A stretch of 64,000 bases of DNA from Deltaproteobacteria bacterium (GTDB taxonomy: Bacteria; Myxococcota; Kuafuiibacteriia; Kuafuiibacteriales; Kuafuiibacteriaceae): contig JAVJQW010000011.1 in NCBI GenBank assembly GCA_040218735.1, positions 456,426 through 520,425 of the forward strand, in the 5' to 3' direction. This document shows, one piece after another, positions 39,587 through 52,764 of this stretch; the stretch's first letter is position 1, and the number at the start of each line of letters is the position of its first letter. The notes below the pieces were generated by a model. The model saw nothing but the letters and a program-made list of their open reading frames with translations, searched no databases and had not been told where the DNA came from. Position numbers and translations under genes: made by a program.

Positions 39587-41166
39587 CCCGCGGGGGGGCA
39601 GTCGGCCACGGGTCGTTCGGGCTGCGCCGGCGGTTCCGGCTGCGACGGCGCACCGAGATCGGCCGTGTCGAGCTGGGCCTCGAAAGGGAGGATCAGATCG
39701 ACGCGGGTCCCGCGGCCGACCTCCGAGTCGATGATCACGCGCCCACCGTGTTTACGCAGCGTCTCCAGCGCGAGTGACAGCCCGAGCCCCCGCGCGCCCT
39801 CGTGCTCGCGGGTGGTGAAGAACGGCTCGAAGATCCGCTTGTCGTGCTTCGGGTCGATGCCACACCCGTTGTCCTCGATCGATACACACACCCCCTCGTC
39901 GGTGGTGCGGGTGGTGATCGAGATTTCGTTCTCGCGTGCGTCGCGGTCGATTTGATCGACGGCCCACACCGCGTTGAGGAGCACGTTGACGATCGCCTGG
40001 ACCATCTTGGTCGCATCGACGGGGAGCTCCGGCGTGGACTCCAGCTTCTGCTCGAGCCGGGCGCGGCCGACGATCGAGCTCCGCAGCAGATCACACGCCT
40101 GCTCCGCGAGCCGCGCGACATCCATGGGCAACACATCGGTCGGCTGTAGTCGCGCGAAGGCACCGAGGTCGCGGACGATGCCCGCGATGCGCTGGATGCC
40201 GGCGATCGTGTCCTCGGCCATCTCGCGCATCCCCTGGAACCGGTCCGGTAGGTCCTCGTTGTCCAGCATCGCCTGGATGTCGCCCGGGTCGCGCTCGGCC
40301 TTGAGCGCCGCACCGAGCATCTTGAACGTCTCTTCCAACGCGACGATCTCTTCGAGCATCAGCGTGCTGTTGGCTTGGATGAAGCTCGCGGGGTTGTTGA
40401 TGAGGTGCGCGACGCCCGCCGCGAGCTGGCCGATCGACGCGAGCCGATCCGCTTCGAGGAGGCGACGTTCGAGCTCGGCCGAACGCTGCCGGTCCGAGAT
40501 GTCACGAATGGAGACGAGGACCGCGAGTTGCCCGTCCCACGTGATGCGAGAGGTGCGGAGCTCCGCGGAGCGGCTCTCGCCGCTGGGGCGGGTCACCTCG
40601 ATCTTGGCCCCCGCCTCCGCGTCGAGCGGTAGGCCGAGCTCGACGCCGATGAGCTCCTTCGCGGGCCGGCCGAGGATCTCGACGGTCGCGTTGTTCACGT
40701 ACAGGACGACGCCGTGTTCATCGACGACGACCGCGCCGTCCGCGTTGCGCTCGACGATCGCGCGCAGCTGGCCGGCGACGCGAGAGCGCTGGGCGGCGAA
40801 CATGATTCCGCTCGCTAGCGAGATCGTGTGGACGCCATCCTTCGAGACAAAATCGTCCGCACCGTTCGCGAGCACGTTCAGTCGGAGCCGATCGTCGCTC
40901 GATGAGGTGAGCACGACGACCGGCGTCTCCGGAGCCGCTGCGCGGACGCGCTTCACGGTCTCGATGCCGTCCGAGTCCGGCAGCGCAAGATCGGTGAGGA
41001 TGATGTCGAAAGTGTCAGCCGCGAGCGTGTCGACGGCGCTCGCGAGGTCGAGCACGTGCACGACCTCGAAGTCGGCGATTTCGGCGCGGTCGAGCGAACG
41101 CCGGACGATGACTGCGTCCGCGTCGAGGTCCTCGATCAGCAGAACGCGGTAGCGACCGTCGCGCAC
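39526..41166 (-). CDS. Cytoplasmic hybrid sensor kinase (REC-PAS-HisKA-HATPase)
   Basis: REC LLIED...LTDLALPD...VLTS...SK; H-box [10 protein letters not shown]; N box NVLLNA; DNGCG; FEPFFTT; GLGL. Confidence 0.9.
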   Translation of the reverse strand: MRDGRYRVLLIEDLDADAVIVRRSLDRAEIADFEVVHVLDLASAVDTLAADTFDIILTDLALPDSDGIETVKRVRAAAPETPVVVLTSSSDDRLRLNVLANGADDFVSKDGVHTISLASGIMFAAQRSRVAGQLRAIVERNADGAVVVDEHGVVLYVNNATVEILGRPAKELIGVELGLPLDAEAGAKIEVTRPSGESRSAELRTSRITWDGQLAVLVSIRDISDRQRSAELERRLLEADRLASIGQLAAGVAHLINNPASFIQANSTLMLEEIVALEETFKMLGAALKAERDPGDIQAMLDNEDLPDRFQGMREMAEDTIAGIQRIAGIVRDLGAFARLQPTDVLPMDVARLAEQACDLLRSSIVGRARLEQKLESTPELPVDATKMVQAIVNVLLNAVWAVDQIDRDARENEISITTRTTDEGVCVSIEDNGCGIDPKHDKRIFEPFFTTREHEGARGLGLSLALETLRKHGGRVIIDSEVGRGTRVDLILPFEAQLDTADLGAPSQPEPPAQPERPVADCPPAGQGRSSTSTRVRPTRAASVV

Positions 41167-41197
41167 TGCCTTTTTTCAGCACGGGAGCCGGGCACCG

Positions 41198-42172
41198 TCA
41201 ATCAATCGGCCCCGCTTCGGTCCGGTCCGTCTGCCCGACCCGCAAGAAACGCAGGTAGTGCAGCGCCGCCTCTTCCGGCCGCTCGACCATCGGAAGGTGC
41301 CCGCAACCGTCCATGATGACCACCACGGCGTGGGGGACGCGCGGCTGCATGACCTCGATGGACGACACGTCCAGGACGCGGTCCGAGTCGCCCCACAGCA
41401 CCAGCACCGGGACGTCGATGTCCTCGAGTACGGGTTCGAGGGGGAACGGGCGTTCCGCGAGGTCCCCGGAGATCTTGGCGTTGAACGCCCGGGTCTCGAC
41501 CGCGCGACGGGCGAAATGCTCCAAGACGGGGCCCGGCAGGAAGGGGCGCTCGACGAACACGAGATCCACGATGCGCTCGTAGTCTTCGACGCTCGACGCG
41601 AGCAACGGCGTCTCACCGCGGTGCCGCGCCTGCATGACCTCGCTCTCGTTGGTCGGCGTCACGCCGGAGTTGGCGAAGAACGCGACGCTCGTCACGTGGT
41701 CGCGGTGTTTGACGGCGTACGCCCCGACGAGGTTGCCGCCCATGGAGTTGCCGACGACGTGGTGGGGCTCGAGGCCGAGCGCGTCGGCGAAGGCCGCCAA
41801 CCGATCCGCCTGCGAGGCGATGTCGTAGGTCGCGGCTTCGTCGCGGGTGCTCTCGCCGAAGCCCGGGAGGTCCGGGATGACCACGTGGTAGTCGCCGAAG
41901 TGGCGGGCGAAGCGCGTCCAGTTGTCCTTGTCGGCGGAGAAGCCGTGGACCATGAGGATCGTCGGTGACGCTTCAGCGTTGGCTTCGAGGTAGACGATGC
42001 GGTGCCCGTCGACCTCGACGACCTTCTGCTCGAGGCCAGCGCGCCCACGCTCGAGGCGCATCGTCGCGTCCAGGGCGAGGCCCGGCGACAGCCACACGGC
42101 GAGGCCGCCGACCACCGCGACGAGCACGAGCGCGAGGGCGATCCAGCGGAGGATGCGGGCGGTGCGTGCCAT
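41198..42172 (-). CDS. Alpha/beta hydrolase (lipase) with an N-terminal anchor
   Basis: MVHGF, PDLPGFG, GNSMGG, WGDSD, CGHLPMVE. Confidence 0.92.
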   Translation of the reverse strand: MARTARILRWIALALVLVAVVGGLAVWLSPGLALDATMRLERGRAGLEQKVVEVDGHRIVYLEANAEASPTILMVHGFSADKDNWTRFARHFGDYHVVIPDLPGFGESTRDEAATYDIASQADRLAAFADALGLEPHHVVGNSMGGNLVGAYAVKHRDHVTSVAFFANSGVTPTNESEVMQARHRGETPLLASSVEDYERIVDLVFVERPFLPGPVLEHFARRAVETRAFNAKISGDLAERPFPLEPVLEDIDVPVLVLWGDSDRVLDVSSIEVMQPRVPHAVVVIMDGCGHLPMVERPEEAALHYLRFLRVGQTDRTEAGPID

Positions 42173-42253
42173 GGTCTGGAGGGGTCAGTTAGCCCGCTCG
42201 AACGCCGTTCGTCCAATTGCGCTGCGACCGGGGACCGCACTAGATCACGCGAC

Positions 42254-44167
42254 ATGCGGAAGGGGTTGATCGCGTCGTTGGCCGGGCTGGTGTTTGCGTG
42301 CGCCCCTGGCTCGGACGAGCCGGCGAACCACGAGCCGCACGACGAGATGCCGGAGGCGATGGCGCCGCTGACGCAGTCCGCGGAGGACGGTCCGGTCGCG
42401 GAGGGGGTCTATCGAGCACCGGACCTCGCGGCCTTTGCGAGAGCCGACGGGTTCGCGCTGGGGCCCAAGATCCCGCTGCCGTCCGTCGCCTCGCGCGCGA
42501 CGATCTGGGTGACGCTCTCGGACGCGACCGACGCGACGCCGATCGTCTTCGCGCAGGCGGGCTGGTCCAACGGCCAGAGCGGACCCTTCGTTCCTCTGGC
42601 GGAGATCGGCGCGGTCGGCGCCGAGCGGGTGCTCGCCGTGGACCTCGAGACCGCGGCGACTTCGCTCACGCTGCGCGTCGCCGAGAACGCAATCGCGCGC
42701 GTGAAGACGATGCGGTGGGCGGCGTCGGTCCCGCTCGAGGCGAGCCTGCTCGGCGCGCTCGCCGACGCGGAGCCGGTTCAGGACTCGGTCGTCGCGGCGC
42801 GGTCCACGTGGTCGGCGCTGCCGGCGCGCTGCGGTCCGAACGACGTCGCGCCGACGACGATCGTCCTGCGGGCCGAGGAGACGCCGACCGACGAGGTGGC
42901 CGCCCTGCGCGCGCTGCAGCTGCGCGATCGGGACGGGCTCGGGTGGTGTGACGTTCGACCGTCCTACGTGGTGGGCGCGACGCAGGTGTTCATGGGCCGC
43001 GGCACGCGACGGGCGGCGGCCGAGGCGACGGCAGAGGCCAACGCGGGTCGCGTGGCGGTCTCGGTGCTCGGCTGCACGCCGTCCGGCGCGACGGAGGCGA
43101 ACCTCTTCGCGGCGCTCGACGAGCTGGTGCGTCGCTTCTCGATCACGTCGGCGGACGACGTCGTGGTGATGGCGTCGCCGGTCTGCGCGGACGTCGCGGG
43201 GCTGGAGGAAGCCAAGGCGCGCTGGGTCGCGACGGATCCCTTCGACACGATGCCGCCGCCTCCACCCCCACCTCCTCCGCCGCCGCCGCCTCCGACGATG
43301 GGGACGATCGAGGGCGTGGTCGAGGACGGGTCGATGCCCGGCGTGCCGATCGAGGGCGCTCGGGTGATGTGTGCGTGTGGTGCGTCGACGACGACCGGCG
43401 TCGACGGGCGCTTCACGCTCGAGACACCCGTCGGTGCGCAGGCCTTGGTCGTCACGAAGATGGGGTTCGACGACGGGAGCGCGGCGGTGGACGTGATGGG
43501 CGGCGCGACGTCGAACGTGACAGTGACGCTGACACCCGAGGTGATGATGAACCCGGGCGTGAGCGTGATCGACCACGCTTACCTGATCGATCGGTGGGGC
43601 GGCGTGAATGCGGACCCGACGATGTTCCCCGAGACGCAGGACGGCTTTCAGGCCTACCTCGACGCGGTCGGCGTGACGTACTTCGCGGCGTGGGAGTACG
43701 TGGTGCCGAACAACGCGAGCGTGGCGGCGAGCTGCGGGTACACGATTCTTCTTCCGGACCGTTCGATGTGGCCGCGCGCGGCGGCGCTCGGGTTGTTGGC
43801 GGATCAGCTGCGGTCGCTCGTGAACGAACCGGTGACGCTGCGGAACTGGTGGCGACCGCCCTGCTACAACGAGGGCGTGGGCGGGGCGGCGAACGGCGAC
43901 CACCCGGACGGCGACGCGCTGGACCTCGACTTTCGAAGCGCCACGAGCCGCGCCGCGGCGCAGCAGTACCTGTGCAACAACTACTGGAGCCAGGACTTGG
44001 TCGCGCCGGAGGACATCGCGCCGGGAAGCGGGTTGAATCCGCGGCTGAACATGTCGGTCGGGCTCGGGGGCGTGACGATCCACCTTGGGCTGCTGTCGCA
44101 GAACGGGCGGCGCTTCTGGAAGTACGCGTCGTACACGCAGGAGCCGAGCTCGGGGAGCTGCTGGTAG
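42254..44167 (+). CDS. Lipoprotein: degenerate PGRP/amidase_2-like domain, poly-Pro linker, carboxypeptidase-regulatory-like domain and peptidase M15 domain
   Basis: Lipobox VFAC; RSTWSA...GWCDV...VFMGRG; P15 run; GTIEGVVED...PIEGARV...TTGVDGRF; WRPPCYNEGVGGAANGDH...ALDL...IHLG. Confidence 0.75.
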   Translation: MRKGLIASLAGLVFACAPGSDEPANHEPHDEMPEAMAPLTQSAEDGPVAEGVYRAPDLAAFARADGFALGPKIPLPSVASRATIWVTLSDATDATPIVFAQAGWSNGQSGPFVPLAEIGAVGAERVLAVDLETAATSLTLRVAENAIARVKTMRWAASVPLEASLLGALADAEPVQDSVVAARSTWSALPARCGPNDVAPTTIVLRAEETPTDEVAALRALQLRDRDGLGWCDVRPSYVVGATQVFMGRGTRRAAAEATAEANAGRVAVSVLGCTPSGATEANLFAALDELVRRFSITSADDVVVMASPVCADVAGLEEAKARWVATDPFDTMPPPPPPPPPPPPPPTMGTIEGVVEDGSMPGVPIEGARVMCACGASTTTGVDGRFTLETPVGAQALVVTKMGFDDGSAAVDVMGGATSNVTVTLTPEVMMNPGVSVIDHAYLIDRWGGVNADPTMFPETQDGFQAYLDAVGVTYFAAWEYVVPNNASVAASCGYTILLPDRSMWPRAAALGLLADQLRSLVNEPVTLRNWWRPPCYNEGVGGAANGDHPDGDALDLDFRSATSRAAAQQYLCNNYWSQDLVAPEDIAPGSGLNPRLNMSVGLGGVTIHLGLLSQNGRRFWKYASYTQEPSSGSCW

Positions 44168-44168
44168 T

Positions 44169-46895
<2,727 letters not shown>

Positions 46896-46909
46896 GGCGC
46901 GACCGCACC

Positions 46910-47143
46910 TCACCGTTCGAGCATCCGAATGCGCCCGCGCACCCGGTGGCGGCGCCCGGACGCCTCCGTCGTCACCGACCCGCGCGCCGCCCCCTGCACC
47001 ACGTGCAACGCGGAAGTCGCGCGCCCGGCCGCGGCGGCGAGGTCCGCCTCTTGTTTCGCCGCGCCCGTCGCCGTGGGCTTCGCGTCGCCGCAGCCCGACA
47101 CGACGACGGCGAGGAAAGCCCAAGCGCATACGTGTATTCGCAC
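46910..47143 (-). CDS. Small lipoprotein (77 aa) directly upstream of the collagen gene
   Basis: GAGGA ribosome-binding site before GTG; lipobox VSGC; stop lies 14 nt before the collagen ATG. Confidence 0.7.
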   Translation of the reverse strand: MRIHVCAWAFLAVVVSGCGDAKPTATGAAKQEADLAAAAGRATSALHVVQGAARGSVTTEASGRRHRVRGRIRMLER

Positions 47144-47240
47144 GGTCCTCGAATCGGCCGCACCGCCTCCGCGCGACAGTCATCGACGTCCGACGTTTCG
47201 GATTGAAACACCGAGTGGGTGTTGAACCCGCGGCGGCGAC

Positions 47241-48557
47241 GTGTTGCCTTCCGTCGCGGTGCGCCGACTCCTCGCATGCGGGCTCGCGATCCTCGGCGCC
47301 TGTGTCCCGACCGCACCGCGGGATCGCGCCTACGTCTCGGACGCCATCCAGGAACGCACCGGCGCAGCGACCGGCGACGCGTCGCGCGTCGAACCCACCG
47401 CCGCACCCAACGTCCGCGTCGACGACGGCGTCACCGAAGACGAGGCCGTGCGCATGGCGCTGTGGAACAACGCCGAGCTCCACGCCACGCTCGAAGACCT
47501 CGGGTTCGCACGCGCCGAGCTCTACCGCGCGGGGGCCCTCCCCAACCCGACGCTCTCGACGTTCCTCCCGCTCGGCCCCAAACAGTGGGAGTTCACGATC
47601 GCTTGGGCGATCGACTGGCTCTGGGGTCGCCCCTACCGCGTCGCCGCCGCGAGCCTCGACATGGAGCGCGTCGCGGAGGAGCTCGTCGCACGCGGCGTGG
47701 AGGTCGCCCGCGACGCGCGCATCGCCCACGCCAACGTCGTGCTCGCCGAGCGGCAGGACGTCCTCGCCCGCGAAGCGGCGAAGGCCTGGGATGCCATCGC
47801 GCACCTCGCACGCGTCCGGCGCGCCGCCGGGGCCGCGTCGCTCCTCGAGGTGAACGCCGTCGAGACCGACGCGCGCGCCGCGAAGATCGAGGCGGACCGA
47901 CGCACCCTGCTCGTCCGCGCCGCGCACGCGCGCCTGCGCGAGGTGCTCGGCGCCGAAGACGTCGTCGACGTCATCCCCCCGACCGGCGCCGCCACCGTGA
48001 CCGCCTCGCTCGAAGACCTCGAAAAGGTCGCCCTCGCCGCGCGCCCCGAAGTGCGTGCGGCCGAGCTCGCGGTCGAAGCGGCCGGCGAGCGCGCCGGCTG
48101 GGAGGTCGCGCGCATCTTCCAGCTCATCGGGCAGCTCGACTTCAACGCCCAAGGATTCGCCGGCGGCCCCGAGGCCGGCCCCGGCCTCATCCTCACGATC
48201 CCGCTCTTCGATCAGAACCAGGCCGGCCGCACGCGCGTCGACGCCGAGCTGCGCGCCGCGTCCTGGCGCTACATCGGCGTGCGTCAACGTATCTTGCGCG
48301 AGGTCGCCGAGGCCTACGCCGCGCTCACGATCGCCAAGACCACACGCGAGCGCTGGCCGGCGGACGTGCTCGAACCGTTGGAGCGCAACGTCCAGCTCGC
48401 GACACACGCGTACGAAGCCGGCGGCGCGTCGTACCTCGCCGTGCTCGACGCCAACCGCCGACGCATCGAAGCCAAACAACGCGAGGCCGAGCTGTTCGCC
48501 GAGGAACGCCGCGCGCTCGCCGAGCTCGCACGCAGCGTGGGGAGGATGCCCGAATGA
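47241..48557 (+). CDS. TolC/CzcC family outer membrane efflux lipoprotein
   Basis: Lipobox LGAC; [38 protein letters not shown]. Confidence 0.9.
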   Translation: MLPSVAVRRLLACGLAILGACVPTAPRDRAYVSDAIQERTGAATGDASRVEPTAAPNVRVDDGVTEDEAVRMALWNNAELHATLEDLGFARAELYRAGALPNPTLSTFLPLGPKQWEFTIAWAIDWLWGRPYRVAAASLDMERVAEELVARGVEVARDARIAHANVVLAERQDVLAREAAKAWDAIAHLARVRRAAGAASLLEVNAVETDARAAKIEADRRTLLVRAAHARLREVLGAEDVVDVIPPTGAATVTASLEDLEKVALAARPEVRAAELAVEAAGERAGWEVARIFQLIGQLDFNAQGFAGGPEAGPGLILTIPLFDQNQAGRTRVDAELRAASWRYIGVRQRILREVAEAYAALTIAKTTRERWPADVLEPLERNVQLATHAYEAGGASYLAVLDANRRRIEAKQREAELFAEERRALAELARSVGRMPE

Positions 48558-49699
48558 CCATCACGAACGCCGCGTTCGTTTGTTTCGCCCTCGTGACGGG
48601 CGGCGCACCGGCGCCGAAGAACCCACCCGCGAAGGTCGAACACGCCGCGAACGGCGGGACGATCACGCTGAAACCCGAGGCCGAGAAGCGCCTCGCGATC
48701 ACCCTCGGCAAGATCGAGAAGCGCTCCGTACGCGACGTCCTCGTTCGCTCGGGGCGCATCGACACCGCCCCCGGCGGACGCGGCCCGATCGTCGCGCCCG
48801 TCGCTGGCACCATCCTGCCGCCGCCGGGGAAGAGCGCCCTCCTCCTCCCGGGCGCCAACGTCACCGATGGTCAGATCGTGATGCGGCTCCTCCCCCTCGT
48901 CGCGCCGGACCGGAACCTGGAGGTCGAAGCCAAACGCGACTACGAGCTCGCGCGCGCCCGCCTCGACATGGCGGAGAAACGCGCCGTGCGCATGAAGACA
49001 CTCCTGAAGGAAGGCGCCGTCGACGTGGCCGCGCTCGAACAAGCGCAAACCGAGCACGACGTCGCGAAGGCGGAGCTGGAAGCCGCGAAGAAACGCGTCG
49101 CGCGCGCCGCACGCAACCCGATGGCCGCCGACGTCTCCCTCTCCTTGCGCGCGCCGCACGCCGGGGTGTTGATGTCCTCAGACGTCGCGAACGGTCAGGC
49201 CGTCACGCAGGGCTCCGTGTTGTTCGAGGTCGTCGCGGCCGACGCGCTGTGGGTTCAGGTCCCGGTCTTCGTCGGCGCGCTCACGAAGATTGACGAGGAC
49301 GCCAAAGCCACGGTGCGAGTCCTCGGCACCGACGTTCGCCGCAGCGCCACGCGCATCAAGCGGCCCCCCGTCGCCGGGGCCGGCTCGGCGGTCGCGGTGT
49401 TCTACGCGCTCGACGACACCGACGGCCTGAGCCCCGGGCTCCGCGCGACCGTCGAGCTCCCGCTGCACGACGCAGGCGAGCGCCTCGTCGCGCCGTGGTC
49501 CTCGATCGTCTGGGACGAAAACGGCGGCACCTGGGTGTACGCGCGGACGGCGGAGCTCACGTACACGCGAAAGCGCGTGCAGGTCGCGCGCATCGTCGGT
49601 GAGCACGCGGTGCTCGACGCCGGCCCCGACGTCGGCACCGAAGTCGCGACCGCCGGCGTCATGGAGCTCTACGGGACGGAGACGGGTATCGGAAAATGA
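48554..49699 (+). CDS. RND efflux periplasmic adaptor (CzcB/CusB-like)
   Basis: ATGA coupling; IVAPVAG and LRAPHAG lipoyl halves; coiled-coil hairpin; LSPGLRATV. Confidence 0.9.
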   Translation: MTITNAAFVCFALVTGGAPAPKNPPAKVEHAANGGTITLKPEAEKRLAITLGKIEKRSVRDVLVRSGRIDTAPGGRGPIVAPVAGTILPPPGKSALLLPGANVTDGQIVMRLLPLVAPDRNLEVEAKRDYELARARLDMAEKRAVRMKTLLKEGAVDVAALEQAQTEHDVAKAELEAAKKRVARAARNPMAADVSLSLRAPHAGVLMSSDVANGQAVTQGSVLFEVVAADALWVQVPVFVGALTKIDEDAKATVRVLGTDVRRSATRIKRPPVAGAGSAVAVFYALDDTDGLSPGLRATVELPLHDAGERLVAPWSSIVWDENGGTWVYARTAELTYTRKRVQVARIVGEHAVLDAGPDVGTEVATAGVMELYGTETGIGK

Positions 49700-52600
49700 T
49701 GCGCTGGCTGGTCCGCTCGAGCCTCGAGCTCCGCGTCGCGATCGTCGCGCTCGCGGCGATCCTGATGGCGTTCGGTTTCTCGATCGCGCGGGACACACCG
49801 ATCGACGTCTTCCCGGAGTTCGCGCCGCCGCGGGTCGAGATCCAGACGGAGGCGCCCGGCCTGTCGAGCTCGGAGGTCGAAGCGCTCATCACGGTGCCGC
49901 TCGAGAACGCGCTGTCGGGGACGGCGTGGGTCGACACCCTCCGATCGAAGTCGGTCCCCGGGCTGTCCTCGGTCCTGCTGATCTTCGAGCCCGGCACGGA
50001 TCTGATGCGCGCGCGCCAGCTCGTGCAGGAGCGCGTCGCGATCGTCATCCCGCAGCTCCCCGACGTCGCACCGCCGCCGGTGATCCTCGCGCCGCTCTCC
50101 TCGACGAGCCGCGCCATGAAGATCGGCCTGCAGTCCGAGGAGCTGTCGCTGATCGAGCTGTCCACGCTCGCGCGCTGGACGATACGCCCGCGCCTCACCG
50201 CCATCCCCGGGGTGGCGAACGTCGCGATCTGGGGGCAGCGCGATCGGCAGCTCCAGGTCCTCGTGGATCCCGCGCGCCTCGAAGCCAACGACCTCTCGAT
50301 CGACGAGGTCATGCGCGCCGCCGGTGACGCGACGCGCCCCGCCGCCGGCGGGTTCCTCGACATGCCGCTGCAGCGGCTCAACGTCACCCACCTCTCCCCG
50401 ATCGAGGACGCCGAGGACCTCGCGCAGGTCGTCGTCCGCACGAACGCCGAAGGCGTGCTCACGCTCGGTGACGTCGCCGATGTCGTCGAAGGTCACCAAC
50501 CGCTGATCGGCGACGGCGTGATCAACGACGAGCTCGGCATCCTGCTGATCGTCGAGAAGCAGCCGTGGGGCAACACGCTCGAGGTCTCGCTCGAGGTCGA
50601 GAAGGCGCTGGAGGCGATGAAGCCGGGCCTGAAGGGCGTGCACGTCGACTCGACGATCTTCCGCCCCGCCACGTTCATCGAGCGCTCGATCGACAACCTC
50701 ACCAGCGCGCTCTTCATCGGCTGCATCCTCGTCATCCTCGTCCTCGGCGCGTTCCTCTACGAGTGGCGCACGGCGCTGATCAGCGTGCTCGCGATCCCGC
50801 TGTCGCTGGTCGCCGCGGGCATCGTGCTCCACTACCTGGGCGGCACGATCAACACGATGGTCCTCGCGGGCCTCGTCATCGCGCTCGGCGAGGTCGTCGA
50901 CGACGCGATCATCGACGTCGAGAACATCGTCCGCCGCCTCCGCATCGAGCGCACCGTCGACAGCCCGCGCTCCGCGTTCCAGGTGGTGCTGGAGGCATCG
51001 CTCGAGATGCGCTCCGCGATCGTCTACGCGACGATGATCGTCATCCTCGCCCTCCTCCCGGTGTTCCTGCTGGAGGGCCTCTCCGGCGCCTTCTTCCGCC
51101 CGCTCGCCGCGGCCTACGCGCTCGCGGTGCTCGCGTCGATGTTCGTCGCGCTCACCGTGACGCCGGCGCTGTCGCTGCTCCTCCTCCCGCACGCGCCGCT
51201 GGAGGAGCGCGAGTCACCGATCACCACGAAGCTCAAGGACCGCTACGCCGCGTGGCTCCCGACCATGTTCGGGAAGCACCGCTTCGCAATGGGGGTCCTC
51301 GGCGTCCTGTTCGTCGTGGCGGCGGCGATCTACCCGTTCCTCGCGGAGGAGTTCCTGCCGCGCTTCAAGGAGCGCGACTTCCTGATGCACTGGGTGACGA
51401 AGCCCGGCACGTCGCTCCCCGCGATGAACCGCGTGACGATCGCCGCGAGCAAGGAGCTGCGCGCCATCCCCGGCGTGCGGAACTTCGGCGCACACGTCGG
51501 CCGCGCCGAGGTCGCCGACGAGGTCGTCGGCATCAACTTCACCGAGCTGTGGATCTCGATCGACGAGGAGGCCGACTACGACGAGACCCTCGCGAAGGTG
51601 CAGGAGGTCGTCGACGGCTACCCTGGCCTGTACCGCGACGTGCTCACGTATCTGAAGGAGCGCATCAAGGAGGTCCTCACCGGTTCGAGCGCTTCGGTGG
51701 TCGTGCGCATCTACGGCCCCGACCTCGACGTCCTGCGCGACCAGGCGGCGCAGGTGGGCGCGGCGATCTCCAAGGTCGAAGGCGTCGTCGACCTCAAGGT
51801 CGAGCCGCAGGTGAACATCCCGCAGCTCGAAGTGAAGGTGGACCTCGCGAAGGCGCAGCAACACGGGTTGACGCCGGGCGAGGTGCGCCGCGCCGCGCAG
51901 ACCATGGTGCTCGGCACGAAGGTCGGCGAGATCTACGAGCAGCAGAAGATCTTCGACGTCGTCGTCTGGGGCGCGCCGCACATCCGCCGCGACCCGACCT
52001 CCATGCGCCGCATGGAAGTGCAGACGCCGCGCGGCGATCTCATCCCGCTCGAAGCCGTCGCCGACGTCCGCATCGGTCCGGCGCCCAACTCGATCAAACG
52101 CGAGGGCGCCTCCCGCCGCATCGACGTCGGCTTCCACGTGAAGGGGCGCGCGCTGGGCGACGTCGTCACGGACGCGAAAGCCGCGCTCGCCAAGGTCGAG
52201 TTCCCGACCGGCTTCCACCCCGAGGTGCTCGGCGAGTACGCCGAGCGCGAGGCCGCGTCGGCGCGCATCAACACCCTCGGCCTACTCTCGGTGATCGGCA
52301 TCGTGCTGATCCTCTTCACCGCGTTCGGCTCCACGCGCCTCACGGTGCTGATGTTCCTGACGCTCCCGTTTGCGCTGGTCGGCGGCGTGCTCGCGGCGCT
52401 CCTCACCGGCGGCGTGCTGTCGCTCGGTTCACTCGTCGGGTTCGTGACCGTGCTCGGCATCGCGGCGCGAAACGGGATCATGTTGATGTCGCACTACCAA
52501 CACCTCGAGGACGAGGAAGGCATGACCTTCGGCCCCGAGCTGGTGCTGCGCGGCTCCGTCGAACGCCTCGCACCGATCCTCATGACGGTGCTGACCACGT

Positions 52601-52758
52601 CGCTCGCGCTCATCCCCCTCGTCATCGCGGGGGAGCGCCCCGGGCACGAGATCGAGCACCCGATGGCGGTGGTGATCCTCGGCGGCCTGGTCACCTCGAC
52701 GGTGCTGAACCTCGTCTTCGTCCCGGCGCTCTACCTCGCCTTCGGCAAGAAGCGCTGA
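49696..52758 (+). CDS. CusA/CzcA family RND efflux permease
   Basis: [55 protein letters not shown]. Confidence 0.95.
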   Translation: MMRWLVRSSLELRVAIVALAAILMAFGFSIARDTPIDVFPEFAPPRVEIQTEAPGLSSSEVEALITVPLENALSGTAWVDTLRSKSVPGLSSVLLIFEPGTDLMRARQLVQERVAIVIPQLPDVAPPPVILAPLSSTSRAMKIGLQSEELSLIELSTLARWTIRPRLTAIPGVANVAIWGQRDRQLQVLVDPARLEANDLSIDEVMRAAGDATRPAAGGFLDMPLQRLNVTHLSPIEDAEDLAQVVVRTNAEGVLTLGDVADVVEGHQPLIGDGVINDELGILLIVEKQPWGNTLEVSLEVEKALEAMKPGLKGVHVDSTIFRPATFIERSIDNLTSALFIGCILVILVLGAFLYEWRTALISVLAIPLSLVAAGIVLHYLGGTINTMVLAGLVIALGEVVDDAIIDVENIVRRLRIERTVDSPRSAFQVVLEASLEMRSAIVYATMIVILALLPVFLLEGLSGAFFRPLAAAYALAVLASMFVALTVTPALSLLLLPHAPLEERESPITTKLKDRYAAWLPTMFGKHRFAMGVLGVLFVVAAAIYPFLAEEFLPRFKERDFLMHWVTKPGTSLPAMNRVTIAASKELRAIPGVRNFGAHVGRAEVADEVVGINFTELWISIDEEADYDETLAKVQEVVDGYPGLYRDVLTYLKERIKEVLTGSSASVVVRIYGPDLDVLRDQAAQVGAAISKVEGVVDLKVEPQVNIPQLEVKVDLAKAQQHGLTPGEVRRAAQTMVLGTKVGEIYEQQKIFDVVVWGAPHIRRDPTSMRRMEVQTPRGDLIPLEAVADVRIGPAPNSIKREGASRRIDVGFHVKGRALGDVVTDAKAALAKVEFPTGFHPEVLGEYAEREAASARINTLGLLSVIGIVLILFTAFGSTRLTVLMFLTLPFALVGGVLAALLTGGVLSLGSLVGFVTVLGIAARNGIMLMSHYQHLEDEEGMTFGPELVLRGSVERLAPILMTVLTTSLALIPLVIAGERPGHEIEHPMAVVILGGLVTSTVLNLVFVPALYLAFGKKR

Positions 52759-52764
52759 CCCGAT

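Noticed and set aside
46896-48479. N-terminal 528 aa of track ORF 44169..48479
   Set aside because: Antisense to the TolC gene and overlapping the small lipoprotein gene; the real start is ATG 46895, with a ribosome-binding site and signal peptide.
47241-52758. TolC-MFP-RND operon as the exporter of the collagen
   Set aside because: The permease is CusA/CzcA-type (small-solute efflux), is divergently transcribed, and the collagen has a Sec signal peptide.
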